DNA of 64,000 nucleotides from a virus (IMGVR_UViG_3300047557_004034:1-64000); one strand, 5' to 3'. Positions 53,359 through 62,775 are shown, counted from the stretch's first letter. Numbers and translations: made by a program. The notes: generated from the sequence alone by a model not told the origin.

Positions 53359-56300
53359 TAGTTAAATTTTGTTTTTGTTATTACGATTGGTCCTTGACTA
53401 TCGTTGAAGGTTTGATTATTAGTGTTTGTCGCTGGTAGTATAAGTGAATTAATAAGTGTTTTTCTATTTGACATCAAAATATCTTCTGTCGTATTTCCTG
53501 GTTCGTTAGTGAAAGTCATATCTCTAACTTGTGTTTTATCAACTTCCACAAAATTTATAAAGTTTTGTAGTTGGTTTGTTTCCATATAATTTAAAAATTC
53601 TAACGCTGCCTTATTTTGTTTTTCGAAGGCAGGTTTTGCCTTTCCTAACCAATAAGCATCAAATTCTTTTTGCAAATCTTTATCAACGTCTTCCAAAAGT
53701 TTTGCATTACTCAAAATATTACCAATCATTTCATTTTTGAATGTCTCATATTTTTTACTATCAGTGACATCTGTACTCAGTATTGTATATTCTCTCCTAA
53801 AACTTTGACTATTAAATTCGGAACCTGTTCCAATTGCCCTGAATGTATCATTTTCTGAAGCTGAATTCTCTCCAGTTTCAGGAAGAATTACCAAATTGTT
53901 ATATGGTTTACCCTCGAAAGTGAAAGTATATTTATTATTTAGTTTTGCAAGATATTGATTCAGACTTGTTTTAATTTTCACACCATCCGTTGTGAGACCA
54001 TTTAGTGTTGTACTTCCTGATGTATAATAAACAACTGGGTCTTTACCATTTGGTTGATACCCGTCTGAACCGGTTTGAGTTGGTGTTCCATAGGTAATAA
54101 TATTATATCTCGCAATAAGGTTATTGTAACTTGTTTGTTGGTTTGTTAATCCCTGTATTACTGTGAATACTGAATTTGTAAACGTATTTTTTTTCCTATT
54201 TAAAGTGTCTTTATAATTATTTTTTAAAGTTCGTAATACTTTTTTCGAAAAGTTTTTTACGTCCATATATTTCAAGAAATCATCTTGGTCTGATTCAATA
54301 TCAGCCAAATATTTTTGGAAAATAGTATCGACTCTTTTCTGAATCACGGAAGGTTTTCCGTATAGGAAAGTATCAACACCGGAACCTATTATTATTTCTC
54401 CTTTAGTATAATTTCTACCTAAAGTCGCTTGTTGTCTAATTGACTCGTTGTATTGTGCTAAAATTTCTTTGTTCTTGTTCATGATGTCTCTGAAATAATT
54501 CTGAGTACCTTCAACAAAATCAGACATGAATTTTGTGTATGAGGTAACTCCGCTTACTCCGTTTGGAGTGGAAACACTTTGAACAATATTACCAATAGTC
54601 GTTGAATTACTTTGACCAGGGTTATTTTGAACTTGGTTCTGTGTTGGTGGTGCTTGTTGTCCGTAGAGTGAAGCGAACTCAGCATCAAGACTTGCCAAAC
54701 TTTCTGTATCAGTTGCTTCAGCTCTGTCGTCATAAACCTCGGTGTTAGCATAGTAATTAAACGTGAGTGCATTCTGTATTTTATCTACCGCATCTTTGAT
54801 TCCACTTCCACCGACAAACTTGAAACCTAATGTAACATTTGCAATCATTGGTTGAACTCCGATACCTTCTGGATTTAAATCCAAACTTTCATACTGTAAT
54901 TGCAATGACTCAGGTATAATTTTAGTATTATAAAAATCTCCCACTCTTAAGACTAGTACAGGTGGTGTACCAAAAGCAGTATTCACCGCATTACTATAAT
55001 CTAAAACCTGTTTTCCATTTACTGATTTTATTGTCGGTATCGTGTCACCAGGTCTCATGCATTGATTCAAGAATGTTAGTCTCGAATTCAATCCTTCGGG
55101 TGTTGTTGAGTGGAAACCGGGGTGAAAGAACTTTAATTTGTCTTTCAAATTATCATAAACCATGGGAGTGTCTTCTTTGATACTTTCGAAATAATCACAT
55201 TCTGTGAGTAAAAGTCTTAAAACTCTTTTGGACAAATTATCGGCAAGCCTTGTTCTTTGGACCTCAACAGTTTCTGTTGTAGTTTGTTGTGTTATTTGTT
55301 GTACCGACTGTGTAGTTGTCGTAACCTGTGGCTGAGTGTTTGTAGGTTGTGTGTCAGTTATTCCCTGTTGTATCGGTGTTATTTTCACATTAGAAATCAA
55401 AACTCTTCTACAAGCCATAGCGTTGACTGTATATATTTTTTTTGTTGCCGCCTGACTATCTTTAGTGTCTTCTTTACAGTTGTATTTTACAGATTCCTTA
55501 TTAATCATTTTGGTGGTGACCTCACCTTCTTCCCCTAATGCGACTGAGTCGTTGAAAGTTATTCCACCTTTAATTAATTCCCCTAAAGGTTTCTTACCAG
55601 TAACAGATGGATAACCTAAAATAAATTTCTTGACTGATTCATTTCTTCTTTCAGAAAGACTTTTATTGTATGCCACACTTGCCGGTGCTGAAGCTGTTCC
55701 TGATAAGGTAAAATTAATAGATTCAATTTGTGCAGCGTTTTCATAAATTTTATCTAATTGCTTCGAAATTTCACTATAATTATTTTTTATTACTTCAGTG
55801 AAAAATGTTTCAACAACACTTGGGTTCGATGTGTATGGTGTGGTTTGATTTGGTGCTTCTTTTACATACGTAGGTTCCTGCTTTTCATAATCATTATAGT
55901 AATTTTTAAAACTAGTTACATTCCCTTTTGGAATATCATTATCGAAATAGAATCCTTGACCTCTCAATGCTTCTTCGATAGGAGCAACTGAAAGAGATGG
56001 ATTTGCCACTTTTTGATTATTGATATCTGAACTTGTATTTACCCCTGTCTGAACGTCTCTCTTAATCCAATCTACCTGTTCTTTTGTAAGTTGTTTCGAA
56101 TCTAATTCAGTTTGTATGACATATAAATCGTTCGGATTTGCCAAAGGATATCTTTTAGCCAGCTCATACAAATCGTATTTCACACAACCAGCAAAGAAAG
56201 ATTCTAATAAACTATTAATTTTATCTCTGTTTGTTTCATTATTTAAAACTTTGTTAACGACTAAATTCAAAACTGATGGATGGTCAACAACTATTTTCCA

Positions 56301-58346
56301 TGAAAGACTACCTCCCCTACTTGTGTTACTATAAGTGTATATTGGTTCAGGTCTTCCGATGAAACTCGAATCTTTCCATGAAGCATTTGTACTTTCACTG
56401 AAAGTTAGTCCATATGGTGGAAACCACATGATTCTACCTCCGTTAGGTCCTCTTTCACACACCGGTAAGTCAGAATAAGTAAATCCGGGTTTGGAAGAAC
56501 TTCTCCATGCTAAATTTTCCAAAGAGAACATATATTTCTTTACATGACCATCTGTGTCAGGATTTCCGACTAAATTTGTCGAATCAGCAGTACCATCTTT
56601 CCTGTTTGGGTAAATGTTTAAATTGTATGTACTATCTAAAACAGAATATGAAATCTTTCTGTTTTGTGTGGTTATACCTTCTGTTTTTTGTAAGTTACTA
56701 AAATTTAGATATGGTATATCTTTAGCAAACACTCTACAATATTCCACTCCTCTCTCCTGTCCAATTGCACCTGTATATTTTATAACTCTTGAACCTTTAG
56801 TTAATTCTTTATATCCATCATTGAATACTTTACTAACTTGGTCTATAGCATTCCCAACGTGTTGTAGTCTTCTCCCTCCAGCTGGTTGACTATCAATGAG
56901 CTTCTGTGTGTCATCTAAGATTGAACCTTCCCTAAATTGAAGGTTATTCGATTCTGTATTTACATAAGATGATGGTCTGAAATTTTCATCAATATCTAAA
57001 ATCTCTCCTCCAATACCAACTTTTTTACCAGCATTTGCCCTATACTTAGGTGATACCCAAGTGAATCCTCCTTCAATACCACCACCATTGCTATAGGTTG
57101 GTCCATTTGCACCTAACTTAACTTCTCTCGAAGGTCCTTCGTATAATTGGGCGAGTTCTTGGGGTCCGTATACAGGTGATTGTACTTCTCTTGCAAAGTT
57201 GTCAACGGGTAAATCACCGCCCGGTGAGAAAACTCTTGATGGTTCCGATGTTATAGAACCAATATAGTAATTACTATTATTTGTGTTTGTTCCAACTATG
57301 ACACCACCAAGTCTATCGAAAATAGACCTGTTGTATCCAGGTTTAAATCTGTTATAATCTAAGTTACCAAATAACCTGGATTTCTGACCACCACCTGTAT
57401 TTTCTAAAAAAATTTGAGAACCTGTTTTAGTTCCACCTAATAATCTATTAAAAAACTTTCCTGTAGTACTTCTTCTAAAAGCGTTACCTAGTTGTTGTAT
57501 TGTTGTTGGTTGTCCAATTTGTATTGAAGGGTCAAAGTAAGACCCGGGTATTGGCGAAAGTGGAATGATTGAACCGGCCAATCTTAATGCGAAATCTGTT
57601 GCAGCTAAAATTGGACCGGCCGGAACTGTAATTTGATAGTTAGGCTCAATCACAGGTATTCTACCTGTCAATAAACTAAGAACATCTGTTCCACTTCTAA
57701 CATTGAAAATGTTAATCCTTCCTGTTGTCCTTTGTATTATTTCCCTACCAATCCTTGTCTCAAACTCTTTTCTTAGGATTGTAGCTCCGAGTCTAGCAAT
57801 GTATGAGTCAGAACTTAGTAGTCCGTTACTACCCAGAGGGTCTGGAGACAAAAGTATGGATACTGGATTGTATGATGATGGGTTAAAAGTTGAGGGATAT
57901 GGTTGTCCATTAGTTGCTCGGTTGTTATTTAGTTGAACTGTCTCGAGTGTTGCAATATATTCTCCCGCATCTGTAACGTCATTTGGGAATGAGTAAGCGT
58001 TGACACTTTTCCATCTTTTAGCCTCTATTGGTGCTTGGTCTAAGATATTAGCATCTTGATAACCATATTCTCCCTCGTTTGATTTCGTACCGTTGAGAGA
58101 ACCTGGGTCGGGAACTTGTTTGTACCCTCCCTCTGCTCCGTATTGATTGTTTTTATAAAGTTGTTGAGCGAACCTCGGTTCGTCTATGAGAACATCAGGT
58201 GAGTCTATTACCGCAGAGTCTGATAGGGTTGTATCGTAGTCTATTGGTGGCGTAATTCTACTTGGTGACTTTGGATAAGGCACAAGGTTCTTTACGATAA
58301 TTTTTTTTCTGAATGACTCAGAGTTTACGAGTAATGGACTTGCCAT
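53358..58346 (-). CDS. Large baseplate / tail-tube-initiator-like protein (1662 aa) with inserted OmpA-like domain
   Basis: FPPYGLTFSES..ASW....IGRPEPIYTY.NT.R...LSWKI and later PPVLVLRVGDFY..KII..SL...YE halves of a tube-like fold; FYFDND...GTAS......YNKSLSERR..SVK OmpA-like segment between them. Confidence 0.65.
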   Translation of the reverse strand: MASPLLVNSESFRKKIIVKNLVPYPKSPSRITPPIDYDTTLSDSAVIDSPDVLIDEPRFAQQLYKNNQYGAEGGYKQVPDPGSLNGTKSNEGEYGYQDANILDQAPIEAKRWKSVNAYSFPNDVTDAGEYIATLETVQLNNNRATNGQPYPSTFNPSSYNPVSILLSPDPLGSNGLLSSDSYIARLGATILRKEFETRIGREIIQRTTGRINIFNVRSGTDVLSLLTGRIPVIEPNYQITVPAGPILAATDFALRLAGSIIPLSPIPGSYFDPSIQIGQPTTIQQLGNAFRRSTTGKFFNRLLGGTKTGSQIFLENTGGGQKSRLFGNLDYNRFKPGYNRSIFDRLGGVIVGTNTNNSNYYIGSITSEPSRVFSPGGDLPVDNFAREVQSPVYGPQELAQLYEGPSREVKLGANGPTYSNGGGIEGGFTWVSPKYRANAGKKVGIGGEILDIDENFRPSSYVNTESNNLQFREGSILDDTQKLIDSQPAGGRRLQHVGNAIDQVSKVFNDGYKELTKGSRVIKYTGAIGQERGVEYCRVFAKDIPYLNFSNLQKTEGITTQNRKISYSVLDSTYNLNIYPNRKDGTADSTNLVGNPDTDGHVKKYMFSLENLAWRSSSKPGFTYSDLPVCERGPNGGRIMWFPPYGLTFSESTNASWKDSSFIGRPEPIYTYSNTSRGGSLSWKIVVDHPSVLNLVVNKVLNNETNRDKINSLLESFFAGCVKYDLYELAKRYPLANPNDLYVIQTELDSKQLTKEQVDWIKRDVQTGVNTSSDINNQKVANPSLSVAPIEEALRGQGFYFDNDIPKGNVTSFKNYYNDYEKQEPTYVKEAPNQTTPYTSNPSVVETFFTEVIKNNYSEISKQLDKIYENAAQIESINFTLSGTASAPASVAYNKSLSERRNESVKKFILGYPSVTGKKPLGELIKGGITFNDSVALGEEGEVTTKMINKESVKYNCKEDTKDSQAATKKIYTVNAMACRRVLISNVKITPIQQGITDTQPTNTQPQVTTTTQSVQQITQQTTTETVEVQRTRLADNLSKRVLRLLLTECDYFESIKEDTPMVYDNLKDKLKFFHPGFHSTTPEGLNSRLTFLNQCMRPGDTIPTIKSVNGKQVLDYSNAVNTAFGTPPVLVLRVGDFYNTKIIPESLQLQYESLDLNPEGIGVQPMIANVTLGFKFVGGSGIKDAVDKIQNALTFNYYANTEVYDDRAEATDTESLASLDAEFASLYGQQAPPTQNQVQNNPGQSNSTTIGNIVQSVSTPNGVSGVTSYTKFMSDFVEGTQNYFRDIMNKNKEILAQYNESIRQQATLGRNYTKGEIIIGSGVDTFLYGKPSVIQKRVDTIFQKYLADIESDQDDFLKYMDVKNFSKKVLRTLKNNYKDTLNRKKNTFTNSVFTVIQGLTNQQTSYNNLIARYNIITYGTPTQTGSDGYQPNGKDPVVYYTSGSTTLNGLTTDGVKIKTSLNQYLAKLNNKYTFTFEGKPYNNLVILPETGENSASENDTFRAIGTGSEFNSQSFRREYTILSTDVTDSKKYETFKNEMIGNILSNAKLLEDVDKDLQKEFDAYWLGKAKPAFEKQNKAALEFLNYMETNQLQNFINFVEVDKTQVRDMTFTNEPGNTTEDILMSNRKTLINSLILPATNTNNQTFNDSQGPIVITKTKFN

Positions 58347-58360
58347 TTATTTCTTTTATA

Positions 58361-58367
58361 ATAAATA
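58361..58367 (-). promoter_or_regulatory. TATTTAT upstream motif
   Basis: ataaata(g) on + strand, 14 nt upstream of the ATG at 58346. Confidence 0.5.
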
Positions 58368-58386
58368 GATTCTTTGAAACTTTTTA

Positions 58387-60330
58387 TTAGGCGGTGGTGT
58401 TCTTCATAGAACCGAAATTCATTGTTTTCATTTTTTCTACAACATTTGTTGTAAATGTTTCCTTAAGTCTTTCACTATTGACTAAATTGTCCTCTATTTT
58501 TGCATAATCCATTCCACTGTCCCCTTTGATATTTAATTCAAAAATTGCCGGTTTAGAAGCATCGAAACTTACAACAACCTGTTTATCACTGTCAACCATT
58601 GTTGTTTTTATCTCTCTTACAATTTCAGTTACTGTGGTGTTTCCCATGTTGTTTGCTACTGGTGTTGCAATTCTTCCTACCTTTGAATCTAAGTTATCTA
58701 TTTTTGTATTAATGCTTGAGGTTGTTGTTTTTATCTCACCCATAATTTCACCCGAAGTATTCGGATTGGCGTTCGCCATTTTATCTATAGTTTTTACAGA
58801 CCCTTTTTTTAATTGACTTTCGTCGTATTCTTTCTGAACGAACTTTTGAACCGCTCTACCAATCTCGGTATTGTTATTTGCATTTTCCTGTAAAAACTTC
58901 TCTATTCCCGTTCTTAGTTCCTCATCTCCCTTACCTTGAAGTTTTTGTAGTTCTTTGATTGCGTTTTCCACTTCTTTCATACCACCCTCACTCAAACCAT
59001 CTCCTTTACCCACCGCACTCACAAAGTTTCTTATTAGGTCCATAGATTTTTCGGCACCATCTCTGAACATTTTCAAATCAACACTACTCGCCAATGCGTT
59101 TGAGCCGGCAGCTAACACTCCACGAGCACCTTCAGCTCCTTCTCTAACTGTTGGTGTAGAAACTATCCCAAGAACCACTTTGTCTTTGATTGACTTAACG
59201 TCACTTTTTACTAAAGTAAAAGCATCCAATTGAGCTCTCTGTAAGTCTTCAACTGTCTTTGGACCTTTTTTTTGTTCTTCTATTAGTTTGTCTATCTGTT
59301 GTTGTGAAAGTTTTTCTAATTGTAAAGTATCATCGCCAACTTTGATTTCATATTTACCACCATCCCCCATCTTAGCAATATTTGCCAAATATTTCTTATC
59401 CTCTTCATTTTCGAATTGTATGTCAGGTCTAATCTGTGAGAGTTTTTTATCTAATTCCGCAGCATTCAAAGACATTTTTGAGAGTTCTTGACTACTTAAA
59501 CCAGTCTGTTTTTGTAATTCTCTCATCATCAACATACCCTGAGGATTAATTTTAAACTGTCCTGCTTTTTCATCGAAGTAAGCAAATTGTTTGGACATAT
59601 TCACAATACTATTTTGTAAACCCTCTGGGTCATTCAACGATTTGTTCATCAATTGGAAGGGGTCTGTCAAATCTCCTGCTGAAACACCTAATCTTTGGAA
59701 AGCCGATGCTAATTCTATAGCTCCTTCTGGGTCTAATGCTCTCTCAGCTAAATCCATAGTAACTCTCATGTCGGTTTTTAACATGGCCGCCTGTGCCGCC
59801 ATTTTTGTAAGTCCTACAACACCATCCTGAAAATTAAACCTGTTCATAGCCGACATATCGTTAAGAACATTGCGCATTATCAACCTTGTGTTTCCTCCAA
59901 CACTTTGTATGTATTGAATTGATTCTTCTATTTTTCCACCCACTTGAGTAAACTCTACCCCTACCTCTGAAAAACTTTCTACAATAGTTTGAACTTCTTC
60001 CCCCAAAACTTGACTACTTGCAAATAATTTGGATACTTGTTCTTCTCCAGCAACAACATTTCTTCTTGTTGCTTTACCAACGGCTTCGATAGTTTCGACA
60101 GCGTCTTTAAGGTTACCACCCAATCTATCAACTGCAGGAGTGGCATCAGTAACCGCCCCCATGAGTTCTTGCATTCTCTGTCTACCAATTCCGAATTGTT
60201 TAATCAACTCTTCAGCACCACCAACCATGTTAGCAAAACCTGCTGCAATATCATCACTACCAATTTTTGCCTCATCATATAATTTTCTGAGTGCTTCGGT
60301 AAGACTTTTGACTTTATCCTCTTCGTTCAT
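58387..60330 (-). CDS. Tail tape measure protein (647 aa)
   Basis: Helical, Ala/Gly/Met/Gln-rich protein directly downstream of tube and chaperone genes. Confidence 0.7.
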   Translation of the reverse strand: MNEEDKVKSLTEALRKLYDEAKIGSDDIAAGFANMVGGAEELIKQFGIGRQRMQELMGAVTDATPAVDRLGGNLKDAVETIEAVGKATRRNVVAGEEQVSKLFASSQVLGEEVQTIVESFSEVGVEFTQVGGKIEESIQYIQSVGGNTRLIMRNVLNDMSAMNRFNFQDGVVGLTKMAAQAAMLKTDMRVTMDLAERALDPEGAIELASAFQRLGVSAGDLTDPFQLMNKSLNDPEGLQNSIVNMSKQFAYFDEKAGQFKINPQGMLMMRELQKQTGLSSQELSKMSLNAAELDKKLSQIRPDIQFENEEDKKYLANIAKMGDGGKYEIKVGDDTLQLEKLSQQQIDKLIEEQKKGPKTVEDLQRAQLDAFTLVKSDVKSIKDKVVLGIVSTPTVREGAEGARGVLAAGSNALASSVDLKMFRDGAEKSMDLIRNFVSAVGKGDGLSEGGMKEVENAIKELQKLQGKGDEELRTGIEKFLQENANNNTEIGRAVQKFVQKEYDESQLKKGSVKTIDKMANANPNTSGEIMGEIKTTTSSINTKIDNLDSKVGRIATPVANNMGNTTVTEIVREIKTTMVDSDKQVVVSFDASKPAIFELNIKGDSGMDYAKIEDNLVNSERLKETFTTNVVEKMKTMNFGSMKNTTA

Positions 60331-60346
60331 GTATAATTGGTTTCTA

Positions 60347-60354
60347 TATAAATA
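60347..60354 (-). promoter_or_regulatory. TATTTATA upstream motif
   Basis: tataaata on + strand, 16 nt upstream of the ATG at 60330 and next to a hairpin. Confidence 0.55.
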
Positions 60355-60356
60355 GA

Positions 60357-60381
60357 AGAAGGGTTATAATTTAACCCTTCT
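60357..60381 (-). terminator. Hairpin overlapping the stop of the small chaperone-associated ORF
   Basis: agaagggtta-taatt-taacccttct, 10-bp perfect stem. Confidence 0.6.
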
Positions 60382-60550
60382 GATTTTCTTGAATCCATTT
60401 ATCAAGTAGATATTTCCTTACAAAAATTGGCATTTTCTCGAAATCAGTCCAACTAACTTTCAACAACGTTGATAAGTAATAGAATTCGTCGAGTTGACCT
60501 TTCCTATAATCAGAAGAAAGGGCGAAAGAAATCAACCCCAAAACCAACAT
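60371..60550 (-). CDS. Small tail-chaperone-associated ORF (lambda gpT / T4 gp51-like); either a +1 frameshift extension of the upstream gene or a 59-aa overlapping gene
   Basis: Manual translation: (MLVLGLIS)FALSSDYRKGQLDEFYYLSTLLKVSWTDFEKMPIFVRKYLLDKWIQENQKG*. Fills the gap between chaperone and tape measure; below the ORF-track length cutoff. Confidence 0.7.
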   Translation of the reverse strand: MLVLGLISFALSSDYRKGQLDEFYYLSTLLKVSWTDFEKMPIFVRKYLLDKWIQENQKG

Positions 60551-61253
60551 TAACTGTAAGTTTTTCTCCTGATGGGGTTGTTACTATTTTAGACATATCG
60601 AGTTTTGGTTCGTTGTCATTCATAAACTTCTTAATGTATTTGGAATCTGCAATTGGTAATTGTTCTACAAACTTAGCAATTTCTCCCTTATCTTGTGTTC
60701 CGTTGACCTCAACTATTTGTCGTTGTAACTTTAATGTTACATAAGGAGCAACTCTTCCTTGGGGATAGGAGTCTATAGTTTTACTTATTTCTCTAATTTC
60801 ACCATATGTTAATGGTTTTAACTTGATAGTTGAACCAGTTTTGGGTAGAGTAGTTATAAAGTACCCATCAGATGTTGGTTCCTGACCTTTTAAAATTGAC
60901 ATTTGGTCCAAAGTCACGTTAACTTGAAATTGTTTCCCTGTCTTGGGGTCAGTAGTTGTAATCATCATGTCGGGACCAAAAGCGGTATTCCTCAAAAAGA
61001 TTAATACAGATTCAACATCACCTTCCAACATGTCTTCAACTTTTAAATCAGGTTCGTAAATTTTGTTCCTGAGAAGATTGATTGCAAGATTATCACCCCC
61101 TGCCATGATAATATTTTCATCATAAGCGGTTAGATATCCAACTTTAATTGACTTTTTCTTGTTCTTATAAAAAATCCCCTCTGATGGTAGAGGTACTACG
61201 TCGTGTGGTAAAGAAATGTTCTCTTGACCATACATTCTTGATTGTTCATCCAT
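60510..61253 (-). CDS. Tail assembly chaperone / baseplate hub assembly protein (T4 gp26-like)
   Basis: VPLPSEG.FY, LTA.DENI, L.GD...VLIFLR..AFG, C-terminal FFRP; located between tube and tape measure. Confidence 0.75.
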   Translation of the reverse strand: MDEQSRMYGQENISLPHDVVPLPSEGIFYKNKKKSIKVGYLTAYDENIIMAGGDNLAINLLRNKIYEPDLKVEDMLEGDVESVLIFLRNTAFGPDMMITTTDPKTGKQFQVNVTLDQMSILKGQEPTSDGYFITTLPKTGSTIKLKPLTYGEIREISKTIDSYPQGRVAPYVTLKLQRQIVEVNGTQDKGEIAKFVEQLPIADSKYIKKFMNDNEPKLDMSKIVTTPSGEKLTVNVGFGVDFFRPFF

Positions 61254-61258
61254 AATAT

Positions 61259-61296
61259 AAAAAATTAACCCTGAAGTTTATGTTCTTCAGGGTTAA
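61259..61296 (-). terminator. Intrinsic terminator after the tail tube gene
   Basis: ttaaccctgaag-8 nt-cttcagggttaa, 12-bp stem (61265-61296), followed by TTTTTT on the minus strand. Confidence 0.75.
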
Positions 61297-61328
61297 ATAT
61301 AAAAAAAGTATTTATTTTATAAATAATA

Positions 61329-61817
61329 TTAGTAAACCAATACACAACGGTCCATTCTCATAGAAGCAGTAATTGTTGCTAAACCATCTTGGTTGTATGC
61401 CAATGTATTAAAATTCACATCAGTCAAGAAAGTTCCATAAAGAATCCACTTCTCAACTACAACACCTGTTGGGTCCAACATCTCGAGGTCAATATCTTTT
61501 TTGTAACCCGCAGCATAACCCATACGACCTGTTACAGACTCAGCGTGTAAACGAACCCACTCCATGAGAGCTTGCGCTGCTGAAGGACCAATCGGGTCTC
61601 TAAATGTCACGTTAAGTGCTTGCCAGTTGAATCTACCGGCTACATATGTAGATGTATTTAAAAAAGGTATTTCTGTTGCAGCGATTTGAATATGTGGTCT
61701 AGCCGTACTCTCTACAAACCATTCGTTGATACCCAAACTTGAAGGAAACCTTAGGATGAATCGATTCTGACGTTTCGGTTCGTAAGGTATCGGCATTTTC
61801 ATTAATAAATCAGCCAT
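61329..61817 (-). CDS. Tail tube protein (T4 gp19-like)
   Basis: EPKRQNRF.L, YVAGR..W..L.VTF.D, W......TG..G....YKKD..L..LDP.G.VVEKW.L.G.F motifs. Confidence 0.88.
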   Translation of the reverse strand: MADLLMKMPIPYEPKRQNRFILRFPSSLGINEWFVESTARPHIQIAATEIPFLNTSTYVAGRFNWQALNVTFRDPIGPSAAQALMEWVRLHAESVTGRMGYAAGYKKDIDLEMLDPTGVVVEKWILYGTFLTDVNFNTLAYNQDGLATITASMRMDRCVLVY

Positions 61818-61852
61818 GTTATTATAAATTTAAATTTTTTTTGTTTATATGT

Positions 61853-61860
61853 TATAAATA
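61853..61860 (-). promoter_or_regulatory. TATTTATA upstream motif
   Basis: tataaata on + strand, 35 nt upstream of the tube ATG. Confidence 0.55.
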
Positions 61861-61911
61861 TACTCACAGGTAAAATTTTTCTATTTACTTCCTGTTTTAA
61901 AAAAAATATAC

Positions 61912-62739
61912 TTATTTAACTTCCTTTTTAGTTCCAGATGCAGTAGAAAATGTCTTTACCTCTTTACCTGGTTTATTTTCGAAATGTTTCTTCATTACTT
62001 CTACATTCTTAGGGTCATCATCAGAAAAACCTATAAATGTTTTAGCTGGTACAAATTTATTTCCTATGTCACTTTTTATATAAGCTTTCTTATTCAATAC
62101 AGCCGCCATTCCTTTAATATAAGATACAAAATCATCCATAGCCATTACTTTTAATTCTTCAGGACTAGCAGCCCCTTTCTCTTCACCGAAACTGACAGGA
62201 TGATACTTATTTAATTCTAAATAGGATTTTATTAATTCAGAATCACTCATGTCGTCTTCATCAACAAAGGTTCTATATTTTCTTAAATTTTTTAGTAACA
62301 TATCTTTGTCGATTCCGTTGAAACCACTTACGATGTAATTATAAACCGCTTTCTTTAATGTCTCAGGTTTGTGTCCCCTTGCAGTAATAATTGCAAAAAT
62401 CGAACCGTTATTAATTGCTTCTTTGAAATCGTCGAAAGCAGGACCCGGTTCTGCTCTCATAGCGTCTATCAAAAATTGTTTGTCACCTTCTACTCTAAAG
62501 TTTCTGAAAGGTTCTTTTCCGTAGCCAGTGATGGTTTTACCTTTGTATTCGAAATTATTTTTACCTATTTCATGTCTATATTCCGCAAAGTCTTTTGTGG
62601 ACATTCCCACTTCTTCACCATCATCAGTTGATAGAATAATTTCTGTAGGCATGTGAACTATGTTGTCGTCCCAATCGAAAGCATAATACTTCATGTTAGG
62701 AACAAGTCTCTCACTGAAATTCTCTATTAAATAAATCAT
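61912..62739 (-). CDS. HAD-superfamily phosphatase-like protein (275 aa)
   Basis: Motif I YAFDWDDNI, motif II IITARGH, motif III Lys (ELKV), motif IV GFSDDD. Confidence 0.75.
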   Translation of the reverse strand: MIYLIENFSERLVPNMKYYAFDWDDNIVHMPTEIILSTDDGEEVGMSTKDFAEYRHEIGKNNFEYKGKTITGYGKEPFRNFRVEGDKQFLIDAMRAEPGPAFDDFKEAINNGSIFAIITARGHKPETLKKAVYNYIVSGFNGIDKDMLLKNLRKYRTFVDEDDMSDSELIKSYLELNKYHPVSFGEEKGAASPEELKVMAMDDFVSYIKGMAAVLNKKAYIKSDIGNKFVPAKTFIGFSDDDPKNVEVMKKHFENKPGKEVKTFSTASGTKKEVK

Positions 62740-62767
62740 TCTAATAAATAGCTTTATATTTTATTTC

Positions 62768-62775
62768 TATAAATA
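62768..62775 (-). promoter_or_regulatory. TATTTATA upstream motif (second copy TATTTAT at 62744-62750)
   Basis: tataaata on + strand adjoining the sheath terminator. Confidence 0.5.
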
